64,000 nucleotides of DNA from an uncultured delta proteobacterium (GTDB lineage Bacteria; Myxococcota; Myxococcia; SLRQ01), in NCBI GenBank assembly GCA_963727485.1, contig CAVSGM010000009.1:1-64000 (forward strand). Direction: 5' to 3'. Shown in pieces: positions 1 through 8,545 of this stretch; within the stretch, counting starts at the first letter, position 1; each line of letters starts with the position of its first letter. Under the pieces are notes generated by a model. It saw nothing but the letters and a program-made list of their open reading frames with translations. It made no database searches and was not told the DNA's origin. A program made the translations under genes and the position numbers.

Positions 1-23
1 CCTCGCCGCGACCCGTCTCGACG
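1..23 (+). repeat. IS66 terminal inverted repeat (partial, truncated by the window edge)
   Basis: CCTCGCCGCGACCCGTCTCGACG versus CCTCGCCCGACCCCGTCGTGACG (reverse complement of 2387-2409). Confidence 0.65.
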
Positions 24-61
24 AGGCCGGCGGTCGGCGAGCTCATGAGGCGCACCCCGCG

Positions 62-1579
62 CTACTCCGCGCGGGCGTCGGCAATCTCGTGAGGCAGCGG
101 AGGCGGCGGGCCGCCGGCGATGGCCGCCTCGACCGCAGTGCGCAGGTAGGCCTTCGGATCGATGCCCACCAGCTTGCACGTCTCGACCACGCTGTAGAGC
201 ATCGCAGCCACCTCGGCGCCGCGCTTCGACTTGGACCCGTAGTGGTTCTTCCGCCCCAGCACCACGCCTCGCATCGCGCGCTCCGCCGCGTTGTTGTCCA
301 GCGGCACGCGGGCGTCACCCAGGAAGCGCGTCAGCGGCTCCCACAGGTCGAGCATGTAACGAATCGCCTTGCCGAGCCCGCTGCGCGGAAGCACCGTCGG
401 TGCCGTCTCTATGGCCCAGGCCTTGATGCGCGCCACGATGGCCTGCGAGCGCTCACTTCGCAGCCTCGCCCGCAGCTCGAGACGTGCCTTCGCCTCGTCA
501 CCGACCAGCCGCCCGCTCGGCACCTCGCGCTCCACCGCGTAGAGCTCCCCGATGAGATTGAGGATCTCCCCGCAGCGCACCGGATCCTGCTCCTCCGCCT
601 CCACGTACTTGCGCCGTGCGTGCGCCCAGCACCCCGCCAGCACCAGGCCGGGGCCGTCCCGCGCGAGCCGTTGGTAGACCTTGTACCCGTCGGCCACCAG
701 CACCCCCTCGTAGCCTTCGAGCAGCTCGGCCGCGGCCCGCTTCCCCCGCGTGTCCGCCATCCGGTAGTAGACCGCGTCCTCACTCGCGGCGCCCCAGCAC
801 TGCCAGCGCTTCTTCGCGCCGTTGAGCATGCGCCAGGGCGTCTCGTCCGCGTGCAGGACGCCCGCCTTCTTCACCTGCTCCCCGATCCGCTCGTACAGGC
901 CCGGCAGCCATCCTGCGAGCGCATTGATCTGGTCCCACAGCGTCTGCGAGTCCACGCGCAGGCCCTCGCGCGCCATGATCGCCACCTGGCGCTCCAGCGG
1001 CAGGTGGTCGCCGTACTTGCCGACCGCCACCTCCACCGCGAAGCCGATGCCGTACCGGCCTCCAGGGATGAGCTTCGGCGGCGCCGGTGCCGTCTCCACG
1101 TGCGCGTTGCAGCCGCACCGGTACTTCTTCCGCCGGTGCTTCACCAGCACGAAGCGCCGCTCGATGACGTCGATCTCCTCGCTCTCCTCGTACTGCTCCT
1201 TCATCTCACCGAGCTCGCCGCCGCACTTCGGACAGACCCGGTCGGGATCGTCGAGCTCGTGCACCTTCTCCACCATCGGGAGGTCGGGCTGCACGCGCGG
1301 CCCGTGACCCTTGCGCGGCTTCGGCTCCGCCTCGCGCAGCCTCACGCGCGGACGCTGCTCGGAGCTGTCGCCAAAGAGCCGGTGCCGGGCGTTCTCCAGC
1401 TGCGCCTCCACCTCGGCCAGCTGAAGCTCGAGCTCCGACTGCTCACTTCCCTGCGCCCGCATCAGCCGCTGCGTGAGCTCGACCACCTTGCGCGTCAGCC
1501 GGCGGTTCTCCGCCTCCAGCAGCATCGCCGCCTTGCGCAGGATCTCCGGGTCCTTCTCGGTCTCCAGCCGGATCGCCAC
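62..1579 (-). CDS. tnpC: IS66 transposase TnpC
   Basis: Coiled-coil N-terminus, CPKC zinc finger, LHADET, ADGY..Y, CWAHARRK and DNNAAERAMR motifs. GTG start at 1579 chosen; the ORF is open to 1642. Confidence 0.93.
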   Translation of the reverse strand: MAIRLETEKDPEILRKAAMLLEAENRRLTRKVVELTQRLMRAQGSEQSELELQLAEVEAQLENARHRLFGDSSEQRPRVRLREAEPKPRKGHGPRVQPDLPMVEKVHELDDPDRVCPKCGGELGEMKEQYEESEEIDVIERRFVLVKHRRKKYRCGCNAHVETAPAPPKLIPGGRYGIGFAVEVAVGKYGDHLPLERQVAIMAREGLRVDSQTLWDQINALAGWLPGLYERIGEQVKKAGVLHADETPWRMLNGAKKRWQCWGAASEDAVYYRMADTRGKRAAAELLEGYEGVLVADGYKVYQRLARDGPGLVLAGCWAHARRKYVEAEEQDPVRCGEILNLIGELYAVEREVPSGRLVGDEAKARLELRARLRSERSQAIVARIKAWAIETAPTVLPRSGLGKAIRYMLDLWEPLTRFLGDARVPLDNNAAERAMRGVVLGRKNHYGSKSKRGAEVAAMLYSVVETCKLVGIDPKAYLRTAVEAAIAGGPPPPLPHEIADARAE

Positions 1580-1642
1580 GACACCTTCATCGCACGCGCG
1601 CGATCCCGCCGCCATCGATCGAATGACGGATGGGACACGCAC

Positions 1643-2005
1643 CTACACGCGCGCCGCGAGCGAGAAGGCCGGCGGCGAGAGCGAGACCTTGCCGACCAGG
1701 CGGCTGCCCTCCAGGAAGAGCGCGAGCTCGCTCATCGTCATCTCCAGCGGACCCTCGCCGTGCTCCCACGGCGCCCCGAAGCGCCCGCGCTCGAGCCGCT
1801 TGGCGTACACGCACAGGCCCGTGCCGTCCCACAAGAGCGCCTTCGCACGCTGCCGGTTCCGGGCGACGAAGAGGTAGACGTCGCCTGAGAGCGGGTCGCG
1901 CCCCAGCCCCTGCTGGACCAGCGCCGACAGGCCGTCAAAGCCCTTGCGCATGTCGACCGGACCGGCGAAGGCGAAGACTCGCAGCTGACGGGTCGAGCCG
2001 ATCAT
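1643..2005 (-). CDS. tnpB: IS66 accessory protein TnpB
   Basis: PVDMRKGFDGL and LLWDGTG..YAKRLERGRF motifs. Confidence 0.95.
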   Translation of the reverse strand: MIGSTRQLRVFAFAGPVDMRKGFDGLSALVQQGLGRDPLSGDVYLFVARNRQRAKALLWDGTGLCVYAKRLERGRFGAPWEHGEGPLEMTMSELALFLEGSRLVGKVSLSPPAFSLAARV

Positions 2006-2355
2006 GCCAGCTGCGAGAGAAGGGCCACGACCCCACCGAGGTCGAGACCCTCGACGCGGATGCCGCTCGGCAGGACGACCACGGGACGGGGATCCTCGCG
2101 GTGCTCGACCACGGCCACCTCATGGAAGCGCGGCTTCGCCGGCGCCGGCCCCCCGGCCTTCGCCCACCGGCGCAGCGACGTGACCCGGATGCCGAGCTGC
2201 TTGGCGACCTGCGCACCGCTGATCCCAGAGGCTCGGGCCTCGCGAAGCAGACCGACCGCCTCCTCTCGCAGCTCCGCGGGGAAGCGCCTGCCGACCCCTC
2301 GCTCCGGCACCCGGCGATCGAGCTCACGACGCAACCGTCTCAGCTTGGCCTTCAT
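2002..2355 (-). CDS. tnpA: IS66 TnpA (HTH protein)
   Basis: HTH pattern (VAKQLGI..SLRRW) and C-terminal LPSGIRVEG; 4-bp overlap with tnpB. Confidence 0.85.
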   Translation of the reverse strand: MKAKLRRLRRELDRRVPERGVGRRFPAELREEAVGLLREARASGISGAQVAKQLGIRVTSLRRWAKAGGPAPAKPRFHEVAVVEHREDPRPVVVLPSGIRVEGLDLGGVVALLSQLA

Positions 2356-2386
2356 GCCCGCGAGTGTCGGGCACCACGCCGTCCCC

Positions 2387-2415
2387 CGTCACGACGGGGT
2401 CGGGCGAGGAGCTAC
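2387..2415 (-). repeat. IS66 terminal inverted repeat upstream of tnpA
   Basis: Starts GTA on the - strand, as IS66 ends typically do, and matches the window start. Confidence 0.7.
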
Positions 2416-2419
2416 GAGG

Positions 2420-3073
2420 ATGGGCGGGCTCGCCTCCGAGGCGCTCGGGGCGCTCCGCCCCTACCTCGAGCGGCGCGCCTACCCCCCGGGTTACGTGCTC
2501 TGGCGCGAGGGCGAGACCGCCGGCCGCCTCGTGGTCATCGAGCGCGGGCACGTGCGGGCGTTCCGGACGCAGGAATCGGGGCGCATCGTGCCGCTCTATG
2601 TCTTCGGCCCTGGCGAGGTCTTCGGCTTCCTGCCCTTCCTGGACGGTGGCGCCTACCCGGCCGGCGCCGAGACCCTGGACGCAGTGGAGGCCCTCGCCGT
2701 CTCGAGGGACGCGCTGGAGCGGGCAATCCGCGCCGATCCCCAGGTGGCCCTCGTCCTCCTCGCGGCCCTCGCACGCCGTCTGCGCGGGGCCTTCGACCGG
2801 ATCGAGGAGCTCTCGATGCGCGGCGCGCTCCCGCGGGTCGCCGCGGCGCTCGTCGCCCTGATCCCCGAGGCCGCGCGCCCCGGCCTGGCCATCGTGAGGC
2901 TCCCCGTGCCCGCGAGGGAGATCGCCGAGAACCTGGGCATCTCGCCGGAGACCTTCTCGCGGGCGATCACGCAGCTCGAGAGCAGCGGCGTGCTCCACCG
3001 GCTCGGGCCGCGCCGCCTGCAGGTCCTCGACCCGAGGGCCCTGCGACGCAGCGCCCGGCCCACGGCCTGGTAG
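2420..3073 (+). CDS. Crp/Fnr family transcriptional regulator (possibly 5'-truncated by the IS)
   Basis: cNMP-binding fold (LWREGE..GHVR..GPGEVFG) and HTH with ISPETFSR recognition helix. Confidence 0.9.
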   Translation: MGGLASEALGALRPYLERRAYPPGYVLWREGETAGRLVVIERGHVRAFRTQESGRIVPLYVFGPGEVFGFLPFLDGGAYPAGAETLDAVEALAVSRDALERAIRADPQVALVLLAALARRLRGAFDRIEELSMRGALPRVAAALVALIPEAARPGLAIVRLPVPAREIAENLGISPETFSRAITQLESSGVLHRLGPRRLQVLDPRALRRSARPTAW

Positions 3074-3109
3074 CGCCCGGCCGGGGCGAGGGCCGAAAAG
3101 CGCACCGCC

Positions 3110-3123
3110 TTGCGCCCCATCAA
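3110..3123 (+). promoter_or_regulatory. FNR-type box, candidate class II promoter of the fmdE operon
   Basis: TTGCG-CCCC-ATCAA versus consensus TTGAT-N4-ATCAA, inside the palindrome CGCCTTG..CAAGGCG. TAACCT -10 at 3147-3152 puts the box centre near -41.5. Confidence 0.65.
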
Positions 3124-3226
3124 GGCGCCGGCGACGGGCGGGGCCCTAACCTCGCAATCGAACCCCACGGCGTTCGCGCACCACCGGGCCACCGGCGAGC
3201 CGACGCCCCCGACCAAGGAAACGCAC

Positions 3227-3847
3227 ATGATCGATCCCCGCACCTATCTCGAAGCCGGCCAGCTCCTCCACGGCCACAAGTGCCCGGCCATGCCCCTCGG
3301 CCTGCGTGTCGGCGCCGCGGCGATGAACGCCCTCGGCGTCGACCGCGCGATGGACAAGCAGCTCGTCGCCCTGGTCGAGCTCGGCGACGCGCACTGTGCG
3401 CACTGCTTTGCCGACGGGGTGCAGATGGTGACCGGCTGCACCTTCGGCAAGGGCAACATCAAGAAGCTCGGCTACGGCAAGTTCGGGCTGACCCTCGTGG
3501 ACCGCGCCACCGGCCGCGCCGTGCGCGTGGTGCCGAGCGCCGACGCCCAGCTCGCCAACAAGCAGACCCCGTTCTTCAAGGAGTACCGCGAGAAGGGCAT
3601 CCCCGCCTCCAAGGTGCCGGTGGACGTGGTGCAGCCCCTCATCGACGGCGTCATGAGCGCGCCCGACGAGAAGATCCTCTCGGTGGGCGAGATCTTCACG
3701 ATGCAGGTCGACACGCCCCGGGAGGAGTTCGCCTCGTTCAAGTGCGAGCGCTGCGGCGACATGGTCGTCGAGACCTATGGTCGCTTCGTCGGCGACGAGC
3801 GGGTCTGCATCCCCTGCGCGGACGCCTTGCGCGCGAAGGCCGCGTAG
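3227..3847 (+). CDS. FmdE-family protein with C-terminal C4 zinc finger
   Basis: HGHKCP, CFADGVQ..TGCTFGKGN and CERC..CIPC motifs; AAGGA RBS. Confidence 0.9.
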   Translation: MIDPRTYLEAGQLLHGHKCPAMPLGLRVGAAAMNALGVDRAMDKQLVALVELGDAHCAHCFADGVQMVTGCTFGKGNIKKLGYGKFGLTLVDRATGRAVRVVPSADAQLANKQTPFFKEYREKGIPASKVPVDVVQPLIDGVMSAPDEKILSVGEIFTMQVDTPREEFASFKCERCGDMVVETYGRFVGDERVCIPCADALRAKAA

Positions 3848-3928
3848 GCGGGCCCCGTCGTGGCGGCCAGCGCCGACGCCCCTCTGGCCCGGCGCGCCGC
3901 AGCCTCCCGCTCGCAACCGGAGCATCCA

Positions 3929-4675
3929 ATGACCGCACTCGTCGCTGGCGTGATCACGCTCGCGCTCACCCTGCTGATGTCCATCGCCGGGGTGGGCGCG
4001 GCCTTCATCCTCATCCCGATCTTCCTCGCGCTCGGCATCGAGATCCACACCGCCATGGCCACCGCGCTCCTCCTGAACGCGGTGGCCATGAGCACGGCCT
4101 CGTACCGGTTCGCCAGGCGGGGTCTCGTCGTCTGGAAGGTGGCCGTGCCAATCCTGATCGTGGCGGCGCTCCTTTCGCCCGTCGGCGCCTGGGTGAGCCA
4201 GGGGCTCGACCGCCGGGTCCTGCTCTGGCTCTTCGTTGGCTTCCTGCTCTTCTCCGCGGCGATGATGCTCCTCTACCGGCCGCGGGCCCGGGAGAACGGC
4301 CGGTCGACCGGCGTCCTCCTCGGCTACGGCTCGGCGGTCGGCGGCTTCGCGGGCTTCGTCGGCGGCCTCCTCGGCGTGGGCGGCGGGACCTTCATCGCGC
4401 CGGTGCTCGTCGCCCTCGGCTTCGATCCCAAGAAGGCGTCCGGGACCACCTCCTTCGTGGTCATCTTCTCCTCGCTCTCGGGTTTCCTCGCGCACGTCTC
4501 CCTCGCCGGTGTGGACGGCCCGCTCCTCGCCTGGACCGTCCCCGCGTCCGTGGTGGGCGCGACCGTCGGCGCGTGGCTGATGACCTCCCGCCTGAAGAGC
4601 CGGCACGTAAAGCTCGTCATCGGCGTGGTGCTCCTCCTGGTGGCCGCCAAGATGACTTGGGGCCTCCTCGCATGA
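3929..4675 (+). CDS. TauE/SafE (TSUP) family membrane transporter
   Basis: About 8 TM helices with the duplicated GxGG motif (AGVGAA / LLGVGGG). Confidence 0.88.
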   Translation: MTALVAGVITLALTLLMSIAGVGAAFILIPIFLALGIEIHTAMATALLLNAVAMSTASYRFARRGLVVWKVAVPILIVAALLSPVGAWVSQGLDRRVLLWLFVGFLLFSAAMMLLYRPRARENGRSTGVLLGYGSAVGGFAGFVGGLLGVGGGTFIAPVLVALGFDPKKASGTTSFVVIFSSLSGFLAHVSLAGVDGPLLAWTVPASVVGATVGAWLMTSRLKSRHVKLVIGVVLLLVAAKMTWGLLA

Positions 4676-5340
4676 ACCGCCCGCTCGCCGTCACGGTCGC
4701 CGCCGTGTTCGTCGCCGTCCTCGGCGCCCTCGCGCCGGCACCGGCGCAGGCGCAGCCGGCCGAGGCGCGCACCTACTTCGACCTCGGCTGGCGGGTCCTC
4801 CACGAGAGGAGCGGCGCGCTCGACGCTGGGCTCTCGCCGTTCCTCGAGGAGCTGCGCTTCCAAGCCCAGGGGCTCGCCTACCGCAAGCTCTCCGCGGGTA
4901 CGCGGCTGCGCGTCCTCTCGTGGCTCTCGGTCCAGGCCTACTACGCGCGCACGACGTCCACGCCCGCCGGCAAGCCCGCGTCCTCGGCCGACCTGCTCGT
5001 GGGCAACGTCATCCTCTCCTGGAAGCTCGGACCCCTGACCCTCAAGAACCGCGAGGGGAACGAGTGGCACGTCACCCAGGCGTTCTACCGCTACCGGAAC
5101 CTCGTCGAGGGCAGCCTGGCGACGCCGCTGCCGTGGCTCTCGGTCTTCCTCCACGAGGAGATCCGCATCGACGCCGACCAGGGACGGGTGAACATGAACA
5201 ACGTCGGCGGCGGCGTGAAGCTCGGTCCCTGGCACCCCATCGTCCTCCGGGTCTTCCTCGAGGCCGAGTCCAACCGCCGCTCGAAGCCCACCTGGCAGAC
5301 GACGCCCTACGTGGGCCTGTCACTCGCGGCCCACTTCTGA
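4672..5340 (+). CDS. Outer-membrane beta-barrel protein (DUF2490-like)
   Basis: Signal peptide (AQA), alternating beta strands, C-terminal Phe; ATGA overlap with tauE. Confidence 0.7.
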   Translation: MNRPLAVTVAAVFVAVLGALAPAPAQAQPAEARTYFDLGWRVLHERSGALDAGLSPFLEELRFQAQGLAYRKLSAGTRLRVLSWLSVQAYYARTTSTPAGKPASSADLLVGNVILSWKLGPLTLKNREGNEWHVTQAFYRYRNLVEGSLATPLPWLSVFLHEEIRIDADQGRVNMNNVGGGVKLGPWHPIVLRVFLEAESNRRSKPTWQTTPYVGLSLAAHF

Positions 5341-5476
5341 GCGCGTGGCCGCGGCGCCCTGCTTTCTGGCGGCGTACCACCCCGTCGGCCGCTCATGACC
5401 GACTCGCAAACTCCGCTCGGGGCGGCCGCCCCGGTCCGCTCTGGACCGGGGCGCCTGGGTCAGGCGACGCTCGACC

Positions 5477-7309
5477 TCACGACGCCTCCGGATACATCCC
5501 CCGAATCTGCGCCTCGTACTTCGCGTCCACCACCCGGCGCTTCACCTTCAGCGTCGGGGTCAGCTCCCCGGTCTCCTGGGTCAGCTCCTCGGGCAGCAGG
5601 TGGAAGCGCTTGATCTGCTCCCAGGTCCCCAGGTCCTTGTTCACCTGGTCCACCACCGCCTGGAAGAGCTGCCGGACCTCCGGGTCCCCGTTGAGCTGCG
5701 CGTGGTCCCTCGGCGCCGGCCGGCCCAGGTGGGACGAGAGCGCCTCGTAGTTGGGCACGATCAGCGCCACGCAGTACTTCCGCCGGTCGCCGACCACCAC
5801 CGCCTGCTCCACGATCGGCGCGACCTTCAGCTCGTTCTCGATGGGCGACGGCGCCACGTACTTGCCGCCGGAGGTCTTGAGGAGCTCCTTCTTGCGGTCG
5901 GTGATGCGCAGCAGCCCCTGGTCGTCGATGAAGCCGATGTCGCCGGTGTGCAGCCAGCCGTCCCGGTCGATGACCGCCTTCGTCTCCTCGGGCTTGTTGT
6001 AGTAGCCCATCATCACGTTGGGGCCGCGGATCAGGATCTCGCCGTCCCGCTCGCGCTCCGGCTCCGGGGCGATGCGGATCTCCACGTCGGGCCAGGGCAG
6101 GCCCACCGTACCGACCTTGTTCGCCCCCGGACGACCCCCCGCCGCGATGGGCGAGGTCTCCGTGAGGCCGTACCCCTCGAAGACCGTGAGGCCGATGGCG
6201 TTGAGGAACTCCGCGATCTCCGGGGCCAGGGGCGCGCCCCCGCTGATGGCGTAGAGGAGCCGCCCCCCCAGGGTCTCGTGGATCTTCTCGAAGACCAGGC
6301 GGTTGGCCAGCCGGTACTCCGCCGCCAGCAGCCCAGGCACCTGCTGCCCGGCGAGACGGTACTCGCTCTCGCGCTTGCCCACCGAGAGCGCCCAGTCGAG
6401 GACGCGCTTCTTCACCCCGCTCGACGCCGACTCGATCACCCGCGTGTAGAGCTTCTCGTAGATGCGCGGCACGCTGATGAGCATCGTCGGGTGCACCTCG
6501 CCCAGGTCCTGCACCAGGGTGGAGACGCTCTGGGCGAAGGCCACCGCGAACTTGTGGTAGATGGCCACGTAGTAGCCCACCGTGCGCTCCAGCGAGTGCG
6601 AGAGCGGCAGGAACGAGAGCAGGAGCCGCTCGGGCAGGTCGATGTAGTCCATCACCACGTACCCGCCGACCGCGTTGCTCACGATGTTCCGATGGCTCAG
6701 CATCACCCCCTTGGGCTCGCCCGTGGTCCCCGAGGTGTAGATGATCGTCGCCAGGTCGTCGGCTGCGATGGCCGGCGAACGGAGGCCGATGGGATCCTCC
6801 GCCGTCGAGTTCCGCGACTGCAGCGCCGCCAGCGAGAGCAGCCAGCCCCCCTCGGGCGCCACCTCGTCGAAGACCACCACCCGGTCGACGTTCGGGATGC
6901 GCCCCGCCTCACGCAGCTCGCGGATCTTGGCGAGCTGCGCCGCCGTGGACACGAAGAGCATCCGCGCGCCGCTGTCGTTCAGGATGTAGGCGACGTCCTT
7001 CTCCGGGTTCGTGGGGTAGATCGGCGTCGTCACCGCGCCCAGCCCCAGCGTCGCCAGGTCCGCTATCCACCACTCGGGCCGGTTCTCCGCGAGGATGCAG
7101 ACCTTGTCGCCGGCGGCCACCCAGTCCGCCATGCCCCGGGCCGTGGCGCGCACCCGCGCCTCCATGTCCTTCCAGGGAACCGAGATCCAGCGACCGTTGG
7201 CCTTGTAGCGGACCGCCTCCGCCTCGGGCGCCTCGTGGGCGCGGGCCAGGAACATGTCCGGGATCGTGCGCGGCACCGGATGCAGCGCCGGCTTGGACTG
7301 CGTCGTCAT
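5477..7309 (-). CDS. fadD: Long-chain fatty-acid--CoA ligase (AMP-binding)
   Basis: YTSGTTGEPKG, EGYGLTE, WLHTGDIG and ELTPTLKVKR motifs. Confidence 0.92.
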   Translation of the reverse strand: MTTQSKPALHPVPRTIPDMFLARAHEAPEAEAVRYKANGRWISVPWKDMEARVRATARGMADWVAAGDKVCILAENRPEWWIADLATLGLGAVTTPIYPTNPEKDVAYILNDSGARMLFVSTAAQLAKIRELREAGRIPNVDRVVVFDEVAPEGGWLLSLAALQSRNSTAEDPIGLRSPAIAADDLATIIYTSGTTGEPKGVMLSHRNIVSNAVGGYVVMDYIDLPERLLLSFLPLSHSLERTVGYYVAIYHKFAVAFAQSVSTLVQDLGEVHPTMLISVPRIYEKLYTRVIESASSGVKKRVLDWALSVGKRESEYRLAGQQVPGLLAAEYRLANRLVFEKIHETLGGRLLYAISGGAPLAPEIAEFLNAIGLTVFEGYGLTETSPIAAGGRPGANKVGTVGLPWPDVEIRIAPEPERERDGEILIRGPNVMMGYYNKPEETKAVIDRDGWLHTGDIGFIDDQGLLRITDRKKELLKTSGGKYVAPSPIENELKVAPIVEQAVVVGDRRKYCVALIVPNYEALSSHLGRPAPRDHAQLNGDPEVRQLFQAVVDQVNKDLGTWEQIKRFHLLPEELTQETGELTPTLKVKRRVVDAKYEAQIRGMYPEAS

Positions 7310-7463
7310 GGCAACCCCCCGTGGTACAAGCGTTTCCCGAATCCAAGGGAAGCGTAGGCGCGACCCAAGAGGTGGCGCGCCGCGACGCGTCAACGGCCCG
7401 GGCCAGGACCCGGGCGCAGCGGACCGCGGGTGGGCACCAACGGGGCACCCGCCCGAGGGGGCC

Positions 7464-7997
7464 CTACCCCAGCACCTCGTCGGCGAGCTCGCGGTACGCC
7501 GCCAGGTCGCGATCCAGGTAGGTGCACAGGACCACCCGCGCGGGCACGTCGTGCTGCGCCAGCCAGTCGCGGACGGTCGTCAGGGCGATGCGCGTCGCCG
7601 GCCTCAGCGGGTACCCGTAGCTCCCGGTGGAGATCGCCGGGAACGCCACCGACGCCGCTCCGACCTCCTCGGCGCGCATCAGGCTCTGGAGGTAGGCGCT
7701 GCCGAGGAGCGCCGCCTCGTCCTCCTGGCCACCCTTCCATCGCGGACCCACCGCGTGGATCACCCACTTCGCCGGGAGCCGGAACCCCTCGGTGATCCGG
7801 GCGCCGCCGGGCTCGCAGCCGTGGAGCTTCCGGCACGCCTCGAGGAGCTCGGGCCCGGCGGCCCGGTGGATCGCCCCGTCGACCCCGCCACCCCCGAGGA
7901 GGCCACGGTTCGCCGCGTTCACGATGGCGTCGACCGCCAGGGTGGTGATGTCCCCCTGGACCAGCTCGACGCGCCCGGAGAGGTAGGTATCGCCCAT
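7464..7997 (-). CDS. Macro domain O-acetyl-ADP-ribose deacetylase (YmdB/MacroD type)
   Basis: GDIT..DAIVNAAN..LGGGGVDGAIHRAAG and FPAISTG.YGYP motifs. Confidence 0.93.
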   Translation of the reverse strand: MGDTYLSGRVELVQGDITTLAVDAIVNAANRGLLGGGGVDGAIHRAAGPELLEACRKLHGCEPGGARITEGFRLPAKWVIHAVGPRWKGGQEDEAALLGSAYLQSLMRAEEVGAASVAFPAISTGSYGYPLRPATRIALTTVRDWLAQHDVPARVVLCTYLDRDLAAYRELADEVLG

Positions 7998-8006
7998 GGC
8001 CCCACT

Positions 8007-8510
8007 CTAGCCCTCCGACTGCTTCGCCGCCTCGCGCGCGAGCACCGCCTGGCGCCCGGCCAGCCGCTCGGCCCGGCGCCGCTCCGCGCTCTGGTAGCGC
8101 CGGCGCTCGTCGTCGGTCTCCGGCGCGATGGGCGGCACCGGCTGGGGCTCGCCCGCCTCGTTCACCGCCACGAAGGTCAGGTGGGCGCTCGCCGTGTGCT
8201 TGTGGACCCCGGTGACCGGGTCCTCGCTCTCCACCCGCACCCCGATCTCCATGGAGGTGTGGCCCGCGTAGTTCACCTGGGCCTTGAGCACCACCACCTC
8301 GCCGGTGGTGGCCCCGGAGAGGAAGTGGAGCTGGTCCATCGAGGCCGTGACCGCGAGCTGCCCCGCGTGGCGCATCGCCGCCACCCCCGCGGCGATGTCC
8401 ATCCACGCCATCACCTGCCCGCCGAAGACCGTGCCGAAGCGGTTGGTGTGGGTGGGCAGGACGATCTGGGTCATCTCCACGCGGGAGTCGCTGGGCTTCT
8501 TCGCGTCCAT
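8007..8510 (-). CDS. Hot-dog acyl-CoA thioesterase (YciA-like)
   Basis: N.FGTVFGGQVMAWMD, GHTSMEIGV and TFVAV motifs. Confidence 0.9.
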   Translation of the reverse strand: MDAKKPSDSRVEMTQIVLPTHTNRFGTVFGGQVMAWMDIAAGVAAMRHAGQLAVTASMDQLHFLSGATTGEVVVLKAQVNYAGHTSMEIGVRVESEDPVTGVHKHTASAHLTFVAVNEAGEPQPVPPIAPETDDERRRYQSAERRRAERLAGRQAVLAREAAKQSEG

Positions 8511-8545
8511 CTGGTTCCTCGATTCGGCCGGCGTCCGCCGGACCG

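Larger units (their letters stand above)
1..2415 (-). mobile_element. IS66-family insertion sequence (far end probably about 6 bp left of the window)
   Basis: tnpA-tnpB-tnpC order on the - strand. The element end reads GTAGCTCCTCGCC from 2415, and bases 1-23 match the reverse complement of 2387-2409 at 17/23 positions. Confidence 0.9.

Noticed and set aside
3227..3847. Selenocysteine recoding in FmdE, TusA or DsbA motifs
   Set aside because: All active-site positions are Cys codons; no in-frame TGA at these sites.
7464..7997. Macro domain as a DarG-type antitoxin or defence gene
   Set aside because: YmdB-like length and motifs; no adjacent ADP-ribosyltransferase toxin.
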